NCBI GenBank assembly: GCA_963720565.1
Contig: CAVRFW010000009.1
Span: 256,001-320,000, forward strand
Direction: 5' to 3'
From: Candidatus Bathyarchaeota archaeon
GTDB lineage: Archaea; Thermoproteota; Bathyarchaeia; Bathyarchaeales; Bathycorpusculaceae
DNA: 64,000 nucleotides
Below the pieces are notes generated by a model that saw nothing but the letters and a program-made list of their open reading frames with translations, was not told the origin of the DNA and did no database searches. The first letter of the stretch is position 1, and the number at the start of each line of letters is the position of its first letter. The position numbers and the translations under genes were made by a program. Positions 30,262-40,184 of this stretch are shown here, piece after piece.

Positions 30262-30726
30262 TTATTCGCCTTGATACTTCTTGAGCTCAGGAGTCGTCTT
30301 GACCAGTTCTTTATGCAGGTCATCAGCTACTTCCTGCAAAAGTTTCCGCCCTTTCGGAGCCATAATTCTTCCCTTAGTACCTGCTTTTGCGACCAAGCCC
30401 GCTGCTTCAAGCTGCTGCAAACACTTCCGGATGTTGCCTCCACCCGCTTTCGAAGCATGGTTAGGCGTTACTGAGAACCCTTTTCTTCCGCCATAATCAG
30501 ACCGCAGTTTCTCAAGCCCTATGGGACCATGAACGTAAACCTTGCGAAGTATCGACGCAGAGCGCGTATACCACCAATACGGGTTCTGCGGCTGTTTTTC
30601 CACATGAGATCCTGTCTTAGCCACTGACGCCCATGCAGGCGGCTGAACCTCATCCACGTTTTCCTTCAGATACTTGGCTAGTCTATCGATGAATTTGGAT
30701 GCTGGAACATTATGAGGATTCGTCAA
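30262..30726 (-). CDS. rps19e: 30S ribosomal protein S19e
   Basis: PAWA..AKTG, WWYTRSASILRKVY..GPIG, LQQLE.AGLV...GR. Confidence 0.97.
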   Translation of the reverse strand: MTNPHNVPASKFIDRLAKYLKENVDEVQPPAWASVAKTGSHVEKQPQNPYWWYTRSASILRKVYVHGPIGLEKLRSDYGGRKGFSVTPNHASKAGGGNIRKCLQQLEAAGLVAKAGTKGRIMAPKGRKLLQEVADDLHKELVKTTPELKKYQGE

Positions 30727-30898
30727 GATGCCTTGTTCCTTTTGGTTTTCCTTGCAGTAAAATCAATAAGCCTAATATAAATATTCTCTGGAGCGTCCTG
30801 ACACTTCACAAGCCCGTACACCCGCAAACGCGAAACGAAAACGTTAAGGCTAAACGTAATGCTGGCTATCATTCAATGGTGCCGGAGTGGCACTCTTT

Positions 30899-31204
30899 TC
30901 AGGATGTTTCCGGTTGGGGTTTTTTGTGTCGTCGATAGAGAATGAAAACGTGTCCTCTGAGCTCTACCAGCGCCGCGTGAGTCTGCTCAGCCGCCTTCTT
31001 CGCGATGCTTTCGGCGGTATCAGTCTGCAGTGCGCTCGGCAGGATTCTTATCTTAATCATTTTGGTCTTTGAGAGTTGATTCTCAATCTCACCCGATAGT
31101 TGAGGGGTAAAACCTTCTTTTCCAACCCACACGGTGGGCTTTTCGTCTTTCAACACGTGTCTAACGTGGCGTTTCATTCTGGTAGTTATTTTGCTCAATT
31201 CCAA
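30899..31204 (-). CDS. YhbY/CRM RNA-binding protein
   Basis: KPTVWVGKEG...IKIRIL...ELRGHVFILYR. Confidence 0.88.
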   Translation of the reverse strand: MELSKITTRMKRHVRHVLKDEKPTVWVGKEGFTPQLSGEIENQLSKTKMIKIRILPSALQTDTAESIAKKAAEQTHAALVELRGHVFILYRRHKKPQPETS

Positions 31205-31517
31205 GTTTCTCCTTTTTCTTTCTCAATACTATTCGCGTTTGGCAGCCGCAGTTCAGGCAGGTCGTCACTACATGAGGCTCTCTTCTCTGATTTATCCGCA
31301 CACGGCAATTCTCACCATGAACGAGCAGAGTATTGCAGTTCTTGCAGATTTGACGTCTGTAATCCCGTGGTAAGCGCAATCTCGCGGACATAGCGATTTT
31401 TCTAGCGGTTTCTATGTATCGGCTTGACAACTTAGGATTGGAACCATGGATTTCTCTTGCTTGTTGGAATAAAACTTGTATGCGCTGCCTAGCTATTTGC
31501 CGTATATTATCCTTCAT
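31161..31517 (-). CDS. rnp4: ribonuclease P protein component 4 (Rpp21)
   Basis: IARQRI..L, ICKNCN...CLNCG zinc ribbon. Confidence 0.9.
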   Translation of the reverse strand: MKDNIRQIARQRIQVLFQQAREIHGSNPKLSSRYIETARKIAMSARLRLPRDYRRQICKNCNTLLVHGENCRVRINQRREPHVVTTCLNCGCQTRIVLRKKKEKLGIEQNNYQNETPR

Positions 31518-31645
31518 TCTTTAAATCGTGCCTCAAGCATCGGTACCATTTCGCGAACATCATAGTGTAAGGTTTTACTATTCATAATGCTTTTGTTTCC
31601 AATTCACAATTCTCGACTCAACTGTTCCACAAAATCCAAACTGGC

Positions 31646-32536
31646 TTAACCGAAAAGGCCTGTGCTTAGGTATTTGAAGCCATGGTCTCCGAAAACAGTC
31701 ACGATCAATCCTTCATCTATCGTTCTTGCTTTCTGAATGGCGCCCCACATGGCAGACCCTGAAGAAATGCCAACGAAAAGCCCTTCCATAAGTAAAAGAT
31801 TGCGGGCTGTATCGTAGGCATCTTTGTCCTCAACCTTAATCATTTCGTCGAGTTCGTAATGCTTACAGATCTCTGGGCAGAATTCATGCTGATTGACAAG
31901 CCCTTGTTGATTGCTTTCAGCACTGGAAGGTTCAACGCCTATTATCTTGATATCCTTGTTGAAGGTTCTCAGTTTTCTACCTACACCCATTATCGTTCCC
32001 GCCGTCCCAATTCCAGCGACAAAATGCGTAATTTTCCCATCAGTCTGCTCCCAAATCTCCTCTCCCGTGGTTTCATAGTGAACCTTCCAATTCATGTCAT
32101 TGGCAAACTGGTCCGTCATGAAATACCTCGAGCTCTTCGCCATTTCTCTAGCTTTCTTCACAGCTTCTGCTTCTGTTGAAACGAAAATCAACTTGGCACC
32201 TAGCACTCTCAAAATCTTCTTTCGCTCTTCAGAAACAGACTCCGGTAACACGATTTCGCATCCGTAGCCTTTGAGAGCTGCCACCCAAGCTATGCTTATC
32301 CCCGTGTTTCCGGAAGTTGCCTCCAAAATAATCTTACCCTTTGCTAGCTTTCCCTCTTCCTCAGCGCTAGCAATCATTCGCAAAGCTATTCTGTCCTTCA
32401 AGGAGCCCATAGGGTTAAAGCCCTCCAACTTCGCGTAAATCTGCACACGGGAGTTTGGGGACATGCTATTTATCCTGACCATGGGGGTTTTGCCTATCAA
32501 CTCAAAAACGTGATTGGCACACTTCATTTCGAACAT
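31646..32536 (-). CDS. PLP-dependent cysteine synthase family protein
   Basis: IGKTP, AKLEGFNPMGSLKDR, ATSGNTG, GTAGT, GISSG, KYLST. Confidence 0.9.
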   Translation of the reverse strand: MFEMKCANHVFELIGKTPMVRINSMSPNSRVQIYAKLEGFNPMGSLKDRIALRMIASAEEEGKLAKGKIILEATSGNTGISIAWVAALKGYGCEIVLPESVSEERKKILRVLGAKLIFVSTEAEAVKKAREMAKSSRYFMTDQFANDMNWKVHYETTGEEIWEQTDGKITHFVAGIGTAGTIMGVGRKLRTFNKDIKIIGVEPSSAESNQQGLVNQHEFCPEICKHYELDEMIKVEDKDAYDTARNLLLMEGLFVGISSGSAMWGAIQKARTIDEGLIVTVFGDHGFKYLSTGLFG

Positions 32537-32597
32537 TCACAACCGAAGACCATGTTTCATATGAAATAGAAAATAGTTTTGCTCCAGATCAGCTTGT

Positions 32598-32897
32598 TCA
32601 TCTGGATTTTTCCCGAGTTTCAGCTGGGTATTTTTTTCCCTCGTTGATTCGTTCTTTTACATCTTTGATATCTGCTTCTTTGCCTGCTAGAATCTTAAGC
32701 CATAAGGCAAACTCGGTTTTGGATATTTCCTTCAGCAGCCTTCCGTTCTGGTCACCAGCATAATACCTTGCCGACTGTTGAGGGGATTCAAGCAACTTCA
32801 CGTAGAATATGCGGTTCTCAATCGTGAGCCTGGAGGAACAGCCTTTCTTTTCGCCTTCAACATAATCCACGTCATAGACCATGAACCGAACTTCCAC
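32598..32897 (-). CDS. hypothetical protein
   Basis: 99-aa ORF co-oriented with its neighbours. Confidence 0.55.
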   Translation of the reverse strand: MEVRFMVYDVDYVEGEKKGCSSRLTIENRIFYVKLLESPQQSARYYAGDQNGRLLKEISKTEFALWLKILAGKEADIKDVKERINEGKKYPAETREKSR

Positions 32898-32978
32898 CTT
32901 AACACCGTATCCTGATTCTCTTAAGGTTTATCTTCGAAAACTGAGGAAACAAAATGAACAATAAGCCCGAACAATGCC

Positions 32979-33269
32979 TTAGACGGGGTTGCCCCTTTTC
33001 TTATGTTTGAAACTTGTTAGAATCACCACGGCAGCGGCATGAGAGCATTTTCCCTTCGACAGGAACCCGGGGCAACTGCAACTCACTTTTCCAGCGTAAT
33101 TCTGAACCACTGTATATGTCCCATGATCTCCAATAACATTGTAGGTTCCTTCGGCTAAATGCTCAACCCTATTGCTTTCGACAAGCTTTCTAGCTTTTTC
33201 CAGCATTCTTTCCGAGGCCAAATCAATAATCAATCCAGTATGATGAAGTCTCTTGGGGGAACCATCCAT
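32979..33269 (-). CDS. SWIM zinc-finger protein
   Basis: CSCPGF...KCSH. Confidence 0.8.
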   Translation of the reverse strand: MDGSPKRLHHTGLIIDLASERMLEKARKLVESNRVEHLAEGTYNVIGDHGTYTVVQNYAGKVSCSCPGFLSKGKCSHAAAVVILTSFKHKKRGNPV

Positions 33270-33484
33270 AATCTAAGCCTACCAAGACTATTAAAGCACG
33301 CGATATCCTTTGTCCACCCACTACTGCTATTCCAACTTGGGAGAGCTGCTACTAGCACGTCACAAGCTCACCATGGACAAGCCGCGGATAGCACAATAGT
33401 ACGGTCATGCTTCGAATTGGGAAACACTGTGATTTGTGGAAAACAGTTATACGGATAAACGGATTTCTTTGAAAGAGCAGGCTC

Positions 33485-34711
33485 GTGACAGACATGTTCA
33501 ACAGCTACCGCGGTATGTCCAAACAGGCAAAATACTTGACCATTGCAGCACTTTTACCGTCAATTGCTTACGGTATGTTCTACACTGACATATCCTATTT
33601 TCTCACAACCGTCCAAGGCGTTTCAGCCGATTTTATGGGCTTTGTAATTACAGTCATGGGGGTCTCAACGTTTGTCGCCAGCATTCTTCTCGGAGTTGTC
33701 GCAGACATCTACGGCAGAAAAAAAATGCTTATCGCAGGAAACGTGCTGGCAAGCTTGATACTCGCTGTCTTCGCCTTAACAACAGACCCTGCTATACTGC
33801 TGATAGCAGCAATACTTGAAGGAATCTCTGAAGGCGCAGCCATAGCATCAAGCAGCGCGCTTCTCGCAGAGAAAGCGGGAAATGAAAAGAGAACCAGTGT
33901 CTTCTCGCTCTACGCTTTTGCACAAAGCATCGCTTGGGGGATAGGCAGCCTCTCAGTACCTGCAATAATTATTTTTGAACTAGCAGGTTTCACAAACAAG
34001 GAAAGCCACGTAATACTCTACGTATTGCTAGCCATTCTGAGCTTGTTCTCGACATTAATCATGCTTAAAGTGGAAGAATCTAAAAGACCGAAAAAAGCAA
34101 GAGCGAGCATAAAGGATTTCTTCCCAAGAAAATCGAGAGACGTCCTGCTAAAATACGTCATAACCGGCGCCATAGTCGCTTTCGGAGCAGGAATGGTAGT
34201 GCCAATCATGACTCTCTGGTTCAATCTACAGTACGGTATTTCTGACACGATAAGCTCACCAATCCTGGCAGTCTCAAGCATACTCATTGGAGCAGCGACG
34301 CTCCTAGCGCCAATGGCAGCCAGAAGATTCGGCCTCGTAAAAGCTGTAGTAATAACACAGGGAGCATCAACTGTTTTCATGTTCCTCATGCCTCTTTCTC
34401 CAAACTATGCTCTAGCTGGACTTGTGTACAGCATGAGAGCCCTACTCATGAACATGGCAAGCCCCCTCTCACAATCTATGATAATGGGGCTAGTTGCTGA
34501 GGACGAACGCGGAGCCGCTTCAGGCATAAGCGGAGCACTATGGAGATTGCCTAACGCGTTAAGCACTTGGATAGGCGCATCGCTAATGGGCATCGGCTTA
34601 CTCTCTGAACCCTTCTTCATTGCAACCCTGCTATACGTCATATCCATAACGCTATTCTGGTTCTACTTCAGAAACACAAGAATGCCTGAAGAACAAAATC
34701 CCTCTTCATAA
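33485..34711 (+). CDS. MFS transporter
   Basis: About 12 TM helices; GVVADIYGRK and ARRFG motif A. Confidence 0.9.
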   Translation: MTDMFNSYRGMSKQAKYLTIAALLPSIAYGMFYTDISYFLTTVQGVSADFMGFVITVMGVSTFVASILLGVVADIYGRKKMLIAGNVLASLILAVFALTTDPAILLIAAILEGISEGAAIASSSALLAEKAGNEKRTSVFSLYAFAQSIAWGIGSLSVPAIIIFELAGFTNKESHVILYVLLAILSLFSTLIMLKVEESKRPKKARASIKDFFPRKSRDVLLKYVITGAIVAFGAGMVVPIMTLWFNLQYGISDTISSPILAVSSILIGAATLLAPMAARRFGLVKAVVITQGASTVFMFLMPLSPNYALAGLVYSMRALLMNMASPLSQSMIMGLVAEDERGAASGISGALWRLPNALSTWIGASLMGIGLLSEPFFIATLLYVISITLFWFYFRNTRMPEEQNPSS

Positions 34712-34869
34712 ACCGCCTTTTCCACATGAAAAACCACCAAAACACAATCGCTAATGGCATACGCAATTCTTGTAAATTTTCTTATTTTGCTGGTTGCAGT
34801 AATCGGTATCGAGTTAAAAGTTAATTTAGATGTTTCGATTTAGAATCGTTCAAGGAAGCGCGATAGTCC

Positions 34870-35934
34870 ATGCAGATTGAAAAGTATATTGATTTGAGGA
34901 GCGACACCGTCACATTGCCAACTGACGAGATGTTGGAAGCTATTCGTCACGCGAAGCTTGGAGACGATGTTTACAGGGAAGATCCAACTGTCAACAAGTT
35001 TGAGGAGATGGCGGCTGCGAAGATGGGCAAAGAAGCCGCACTTCTGGTTACAAGCGGAACGCAAGCAAATTTAGTGTCGCTGATGAGCAACACACAACGG
35101 GGGCAACTGGTTATTCTCGAATCTGAGAGTCACATGCACTGGTACGAAGTAGGGGGCATATCCACGATCGCGGGTTTACTGCCTTGGCCAGTGAAAAGCC
35201 AATACGGCGTGCTTGAACCAGAACAGATTGATGCCGCGGTAAGGCCAAAGGATATCCACTTTCCAGAACCAGCTCTGGTTTGTGTCGAAAACTCCCACAA
35301 CCGACATGGAGGCACCGTGGTGACCCCTGTTCAATTGCAGGCTATGCATGAGGCTGCAGAAAGGCACGGTCTGAAACTATACATGGACGGCGCAAGAATT
35401 TTCAATTCTGCAATAGCGCTGAAAGTTGATGTTAAAGAGCTCACGAGGCACGTGGACAACCTGATGTTCTGCTTGTCGAAGGGTCTATGCTGTCCGGTTG
35501 GTTCGGTGGTTGTTGGTTCTTACGAGTTTGTTGAGAAGGCTAGGAAAGTCAGGAAAGTTCTGGGAGGCGGAATGCGTCAAGCAGGCATAATCGCCGCGGC
35601 AGGAATTGTTGCGCTAGAGAAAATGGTTAGCCGGTTGCAGGACGATCATGAAAACGCCAAACGCCTAGCTGAAGCTATAGCCAAAATCAAGGGAATACAA
35701 GTCGATTTGAAGCGTGTCCAGACCAACATGGTGCTTCTGAACACAAGCGGCCTAAAAGTAGATGACACAATTGTCCTATCGAAGCTTAAGGAAAGAGGTG
35801 TACTCGTCTCAATGATGGGAAAGCATACGCTTCGAATGGTGACTCATTTGGGAATCGAAAGAGCACATGTTGAGGCGGCAATAAACGCGGTTACCCTAAC
35901 AGCAGATGAGATAAACAAGCACGTTTTCCCATAA
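34870..35934 (+). CDS. ltaE: low-specificity L-threonine aldolase
   Basis: DLRSDTVT, GDDVYREDPT, SGTQAN, MDGARIFN, CLSKGL, GGGMRQ. Confidence 0.93.
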   Translation: MQIEKYIDLRSDTVTLPTDEMLEAIRHAKLGDDVYREDPTVNKFEEMAAAKMGKEAALLVTSGTQANLVSLMSNTQRGQLVILESESHMHWYEVGGISTIAGLLPWPVKSQYGVLEPEQIDAAVRPKDIHFPEPALVCVENSHNRHGGTVVTPVQLQAMHEAAERHGLKLYMDGARIFNSAIALKVDVKELTRHVDNLMFCLSKGLCCPVGSVVVGSYEFVEKARKVRKVLGGGMRQAGIIAAAGIVALEKMVSRLQDDHENAKRLAEAIAKIKGIQVDLKRVQTNMVLLNTSGLKVDDTIVLSKLKERGVLVSMMGKHTLRMVTHLGIERAHVEAAINAVTLTADEINKHVFP

Positions 35935-35966
35935 TTATGATTGTACCGCGATCTTGCAGCTTCTGC

Positions 35967-36983
35967 TTAAGAAGGTGCCCGATTCTTCGTATTCAGGTAG
36001 TAACTTGGGCAAGCTACAAAGTGACCTTTGCCAACATCGACTAGTCCAAGCGTTTCTTCCGCGCAGCCATGATCTTTCTTGTAGATACATCTGGGTTGGA
36101 ACCTGCATCCCGTCGGCGGGTTTATTGGACTTGGGACTTCTCCTGGCAAAATGATCCTGCGCTTTTTTGCATCTGGGTCAGGAATTGGAATTGCCGAAAG
36201 CAAAGCCTGCGTATACGGGTGCAATGGATGCTCAAAAAGCTCATCCGTGTCTGCAATCTCCACGAACTTTCCAAGGTACATGACGGCGATTCTGTGACAA
36301 ATATGCCTGACCGTGCTCAGGTCGTGACTAATGTACAGGTATGTTATTTTGAACTTGTTCTGAAGTTCTTGTAGAAGGTTCAGTATCTGTGCCCTGACTG
36401 AAACGTCCAACGAGGCCACAGGTTCATCTGCAATCAATAATTCTGGTTCGACGGCTAAAGCCCTTGCGATGCATACTCTCTGCCTTTGTCCCCCGCTGAA
36501 CTCGTGCGGATACCGTTCAGCATGATACTCCTCTAATCCAACGAGCTTCAACAGTTCGTAGAGTCTGTCCTGCCACTTATCCTTTGGAATGTGTCCGTGA
36601 ATAGCCATCGGCTCCGTGATTATGTCGGACACGGTCATTCTGGGGTCAAGCGATGCATAAGGATTTTGAAAAACATACTGCATCTTGCGTCTCAGTCTCA
36701 ATATTGCTGCTTTGTCCTTTGACTGGAAAATACGGCTTACTTCTTCTCCCGCAAAGTATATCTCGCCGCTCGTGGGTGGATCAAGGGATAGAATTGCTCG
36801 CGCAGTTGTTGTTTTTCCGCAACCGCTTTCACCAACCAACCCAAAAGTTTCCCCTCGGTTTACCGAAAAGCTCACTCCGTCGACAGCGTGCACAACACCG
36901 ACCTGTTTCTTCATCAAGACTCCCTTGCTGGTAATTGGAAAATGCTTCACCAGATTCCTAACGTCCAATACGACTTCGCTCAT
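35967..36983 (-). CDS. oligo/dipeptide ABC ATPase (OppF/DppF)
   Basis: GESGCGKT, FSGGQRQR, HPYT, GCRFQPRC. Confidence 0.92.
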   Translation of the reverse strand: MSEVVLDVRNLVKHFPITSKGVLMKKQVGVVHAVDGVSFSVNRGETFGLVGESGCGKTTTARAILSLDPPTSGEIYFAGEEVSRIFQSKDKAAILRLRRKMQYVFQNPYASLDPRMTVSDIITEPMAIHGHIPKDKWQDRLYELLKLVGLEEYHAERYPHEFSGGQRQRVCIARALAVEPELLIADEPVASLDVSVRAQILNLLQELQNKFKITYLYISHDLSTVRHICHRIAVMYLGKFVEIADTDELFEHPLHPYTQALLSAIPIPDPDAKKRRIILPGEVPSPINPPTGCRFQPRCIYKKDHGCAEETLGLVDVGKGHFVACPSYYLNTKNRAPS

Positions 36984-37987
36984 TTGTTCAAGCCCCTGAA
37001 AGGCGATGTAGCCTCAATCTCTCTCGCGCGAACACATGCCACATAGTGATCTTTTTCTATCTCCATCAATTCTGGAAGCTCAGCGGTGCAAACTCCCTGC
37101 TTTGCGAATTCGCAGCGTGGATGGAATCTGCAACCTGGAGGAACTTCAATTAGGTTGGGAATAGCGCCTGGGATGACTTTGAGTTTTTCTCTTTTCAAAG
37201 CCAAGCTTGGAACAGCTTCGAGGAGTGCTCGGGTGTACGGATGCTTCGGATTGTAAAATATCGTTTTTGTGCTTGCGGATTCGCAGACACGTCCAGCGTA
37301 CAGAACGGTTATGCGGTCGGCCACGTCAGCTACAACACCCATGTCGTGGGTAATCAATATCATCGCCATACCAAGCTTCTGCTTCAGGTTCTTCAGCAAA
37401 TCAAGGATTTGCGCTTGAACTGTCACGTCAAGAGCCGTGGTTGGTTCATCAGCCAGAAGGAGACTAGGTTCGCAGGATAAGGCTCTTGCCACTGCGATAC
37501 GTTGTTTCATGCCGCCGCTTAGTTGATGGGGATAACTCCAAATCTTAACATCTGGGTCAGGAATTTCCACAAGTCTAAAAAGCTCAATGGCTTTCTTTAG
37601 AGCTTCCTCTTTCGTCACGTTTTGGTGTTGCCTTATGACTTCTACTAGTTGATCAGCAACTGAAAAGACAGGATTCAAAGAAGTTGCAGGGTCTTGGAAA
37701 ATGTAGGCTACTTCCTTTCCTCGAAACTTCTGCATTTCATCTTCTTTCCTTTCGAGGATGTTTTCTCCTCTGTATAAGATGCGTCCCCCTACAATCTTGC
37801 CTGGTCGGGGAACTATCCTCAGGGTTGACAGCGCTGTTACGGATTTTCCTGAGCCTGATTCACCTACCAAACCCAGTGTTTCGCCCTCCTTGACTTTGAG
37901 AGAGACGCCGTCGACTGCTTTGACTACTCCTGCCCACGTGTAGAAATATGTTTTGAGATTGTCAATTTCCAGCAGTTCATTCGCCAT
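36980..37987 (-). CDS. oligo/dipeptide ABC ATPase (OppD/DppD)
   Basis: Start MANELL after a GGAGG SD; GESGSGKS, LSGGMKQR, GCRFHPRC. Confidence 0.92.
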   Translation of the reverse strand: MANELLEIDNLKTYFYTWAGVVKAVDGVSLKVKEGETLGLVGESGSGKSVTALSTLRIVPRPGKIVGGRILYRGENILERKEDEMQKFRGKEVAYIFQDPATSLNPVFSVADQLVEVIRQHQNVTKEEALKKAIELFRLVEIPDPDVKIWSYPHQLSGGMKQRIAVARALSCEPSLLLADEPTTALDVTVQAQILDLLKNLKQKLGMAMILITHDMGVVADVADRITVLYAGRVCESASTKTIFYNPKHPYTRALLEAVPSLALKREKLKVIPGAIPNLIEVPPGCRFHPRCEFAKQGVCTAELPELMEIEKDHYVACVRAREIEATSPFRGLNK

Positions 37988-38004
37988 TTCGTGTCCTCCC
38001 TTGT

Positions 38005-38940
38005 TTATTCTCTGAGACGTGGGTCGAAAGCGTCTCGTAACCCGTTTCCCAAAAGGCTGAAACCCAGCACTAGTATTGTGATGAAGAATCCCGGAAAGAT
38101 TCCTTCCCACCAAGCCTCTTTGACCGCCTCGCTTGCTCCTTGGAGTTGCTGTCCCCAAGTAATGCTGTTTGGATCGCCGAACCCTAGAAAGCTTATTCCC
38201 GCCTCAACCAGTATTGCCCCGGCGATCTGAAGAGTTATTAGAACGATTACAATGTGCAAGACATTCGGGAGTAGATGTCGAAGTATTATTCGCCATTTGC
38301 TTGCCCCGAGTGATTTTGCGGCTTCAATGTACTCGTACTGCTTAACCCGGAGCACTTCTCCCCGGATAATTCTAGCATTGGAAGCCCAAGAGAACAAGCC
38401 TATTATCAAGGTTACCATTGAAAGGCCTCCCACTCCAGATGGTGCCAAAGTTGTCACTACTTTCAGGAAGACCAATAAAATCAGAAGAAATGGAATAACG
38501 AGAAAGACTTCGGTTATTCTCATCAACAAATTGTCCAAAAGACCACCATAGTACCCCGAAACAAGTCCTATGACAATAGCTAGAGACATAGCTATTGCCG
38601 CTGATCCGAAGCCCACGTAAAGCGCTGCTGAGGCTCCGTACACAACTTGACTGAAAACGTCATGACCAACGTAGTCGGTTCCGAATAGGTATTTTGTAGA
38701 AGGTGGCATTCTGATTCTTCCTTCTTCACGCAAGCTTGCCAGGTAGTTTGGGGGGTAACGCGCGATTATCGGGCCAAACAATGCCATAAACACTACTACA
38801 CCTATTATTATGAGGCCAGCCAACGCCGCTCTGTTCTTTTTAAATCTGCGCCATGCAATGTTCCACTGGCTTACGCCCTTGCGAACCTTCTTTTCAGTCG
38901 GTTCTATAACCGTTGCTTCCATTGGATTGCTGTTTTCCAT
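38005..38940 (-). CDS. oligo/dipeptide ABC permease (OppC/DppC)
   Basis: FGTDYVGHDV, EYIEAAKSLGAS, ISFLG, GLRDAFDPR. Confidence 0.92.
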   Translation of the reverse strand: MENSNPMEATVIEPTEKKVRKGVSQWNIAWRRFKKNRAALAGLIIIGVVVFMALFGPIIARYPPNYLASLREEGRIRMPPSTKYLFGTDYVGHDVFSQVVYGASAALYVGFGSAAIAMSLAIVIGLVSGYYGGLLDNLLMRITEVFLVIPFLLILLVFLKVVTTLAPSGVGGLSMVTLIIGLFSWASNARIIRGEVLRVKQYEYIEAAKSLGASKWRIILRHLLPNVLHIVIVLITLQIAGAILVEAGISFLGFGDPNSITWGQQLQGASEAVKEAWWEGIFPGFFITILVLGFSLLGNGLRDAFDPRLRE

Positions 38941-38965
38941 TTCTTTCAGACCTATTATGTATCTT

Positions 38966-40006
38966 TTATTCAATTCTGATTCTAGGATCTATGTACGCGT
39001 ACGTTATGTCAGTAATAAGGTTGGCAAATAAAGTCATCAGCGTTATGAAGACTGTTATTCCCATAATGAGCGGAAAATCCAGTTTTCCAACAGCCTGAAC
39101 ATACAGACGACCTACTCCTGGCCAATTGAAAACGGTTTCAGTGATAGGGGCTCCGGCTAGCATGCCTCCAAAATATAGTCCGATGTAAGTAACAACCGGA
39201 ATCAAAGCGTTTCTCAATGCATGCTTGTAGACTACCGTTCTTTCACTTAAACCGCCTGCTCTAGCAGCCAGAATGTAATCCTGTCTGAGTATTTCAAGCA
39301 TACTCGACCGCACCAGAAGAACGATAGGGGCAAGAGTTGCGAAGGTTAAAATGGCAGTGGGCACAATGAGGTGCCATAGCTCGTCCAAGAAATAATTACC
39401 CAAGAAGTAATGTTCTACCAATAGGGTGTGAGCTCCAAATGGTGGAAACCAGCCCAAATAGTATGAAAAGACTAGTATGCCAACTATGCCTATATAGAAA
39501 ACAGGGATGCATGTTCCAAGAATAGAAATTGTTGTCACGGAGACATCCAGCTTGGAATACTGTTTTCGAGCGGACGTGATTCCTATAGGTATAGCAATTA
39601 AGAGCGATAGGAAAAGGGAGGCCAATTGGAGCTTGAAGGTTTCCCAAGTGTAATCGCCAATCAACGTAGTCACGGCAGTCCCGCCTCTGAGGGCATAAGA
39701 GTTGCCCAAATTTCCTTGGAATAGTTCCCATATGTACTTGAGGAATTGAACGTACAAAGGTTGATCGAGACCATAATACGCGGTCAACTGCGCCCTTGCT
39801 TCCGCCGTAATTCGTGGATTCAATCCTGTCATAAGCTTGACGGGATCGCCTGCCAAGCGTGAGGCAACAAACACTAAGATCAAGATTCCGAAGAAAAGCG
39901 GAATCAAATACAAGAGTCTTCTGAGAATATATCTTGTCAACGGGCTCCGTAAGGCAACAAAAAGACGATTTCGGATGGAACTCGAGTCCACACTATCGTT
40001 TGGCAA
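38966..40006 (-). CDS. oligo/dipeptide ABC permease (OppB/DppB)
   Basis: YILRRL, GLDQPL, DYILAARAGGL, HALRNA, ETVFNWPG, IDPRI. Confidence 0.92.
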   Translation of the reverse strand: MPNDSVDSSSIRNRLFVALRSPLTRYILRRLLYLIPLFFGILILVFVASRLAGDPVKLMTGLNPRITAEARAQLTAYYGLDQPLYVQFLKYIWELFQGNLGNSYALRGGTAVTTLIGDYTWETFKLQLASLFLSLLIAIPIGITSARKQYSKLDVSVTTISILGTCIPVFYIGIVGILVFSYYLGWFPPFGAHTLLVEHYFLGNYFLDELWHLIVPTAILTFATLAPIVLLVRSSMLEILRQDYILAARAGGLSERTVVYKHALRNALIPVVTYIGLYFGGMLAGAPITETVFNWPGVGRLYVQAVGKLDFPLIMGITVFITLMTLFANLITDITYAYIDPRIRIE

Positions 40007-40184
40007 TGTTAGTCACTGTTATGAAGTAATTTCTGTTCATGATAAATATATAAAGATTCTTTGAGAATGCATGTTTTCCCACCTTTTAGCGCGTTTCATC
40101 TAAAATAAGCCACAAGGTAGTGGTTTTACGGCAAATCTTATTAGGTATAACTAAGAATCAGAGTTATTGGAGGTTAAAAAAGAG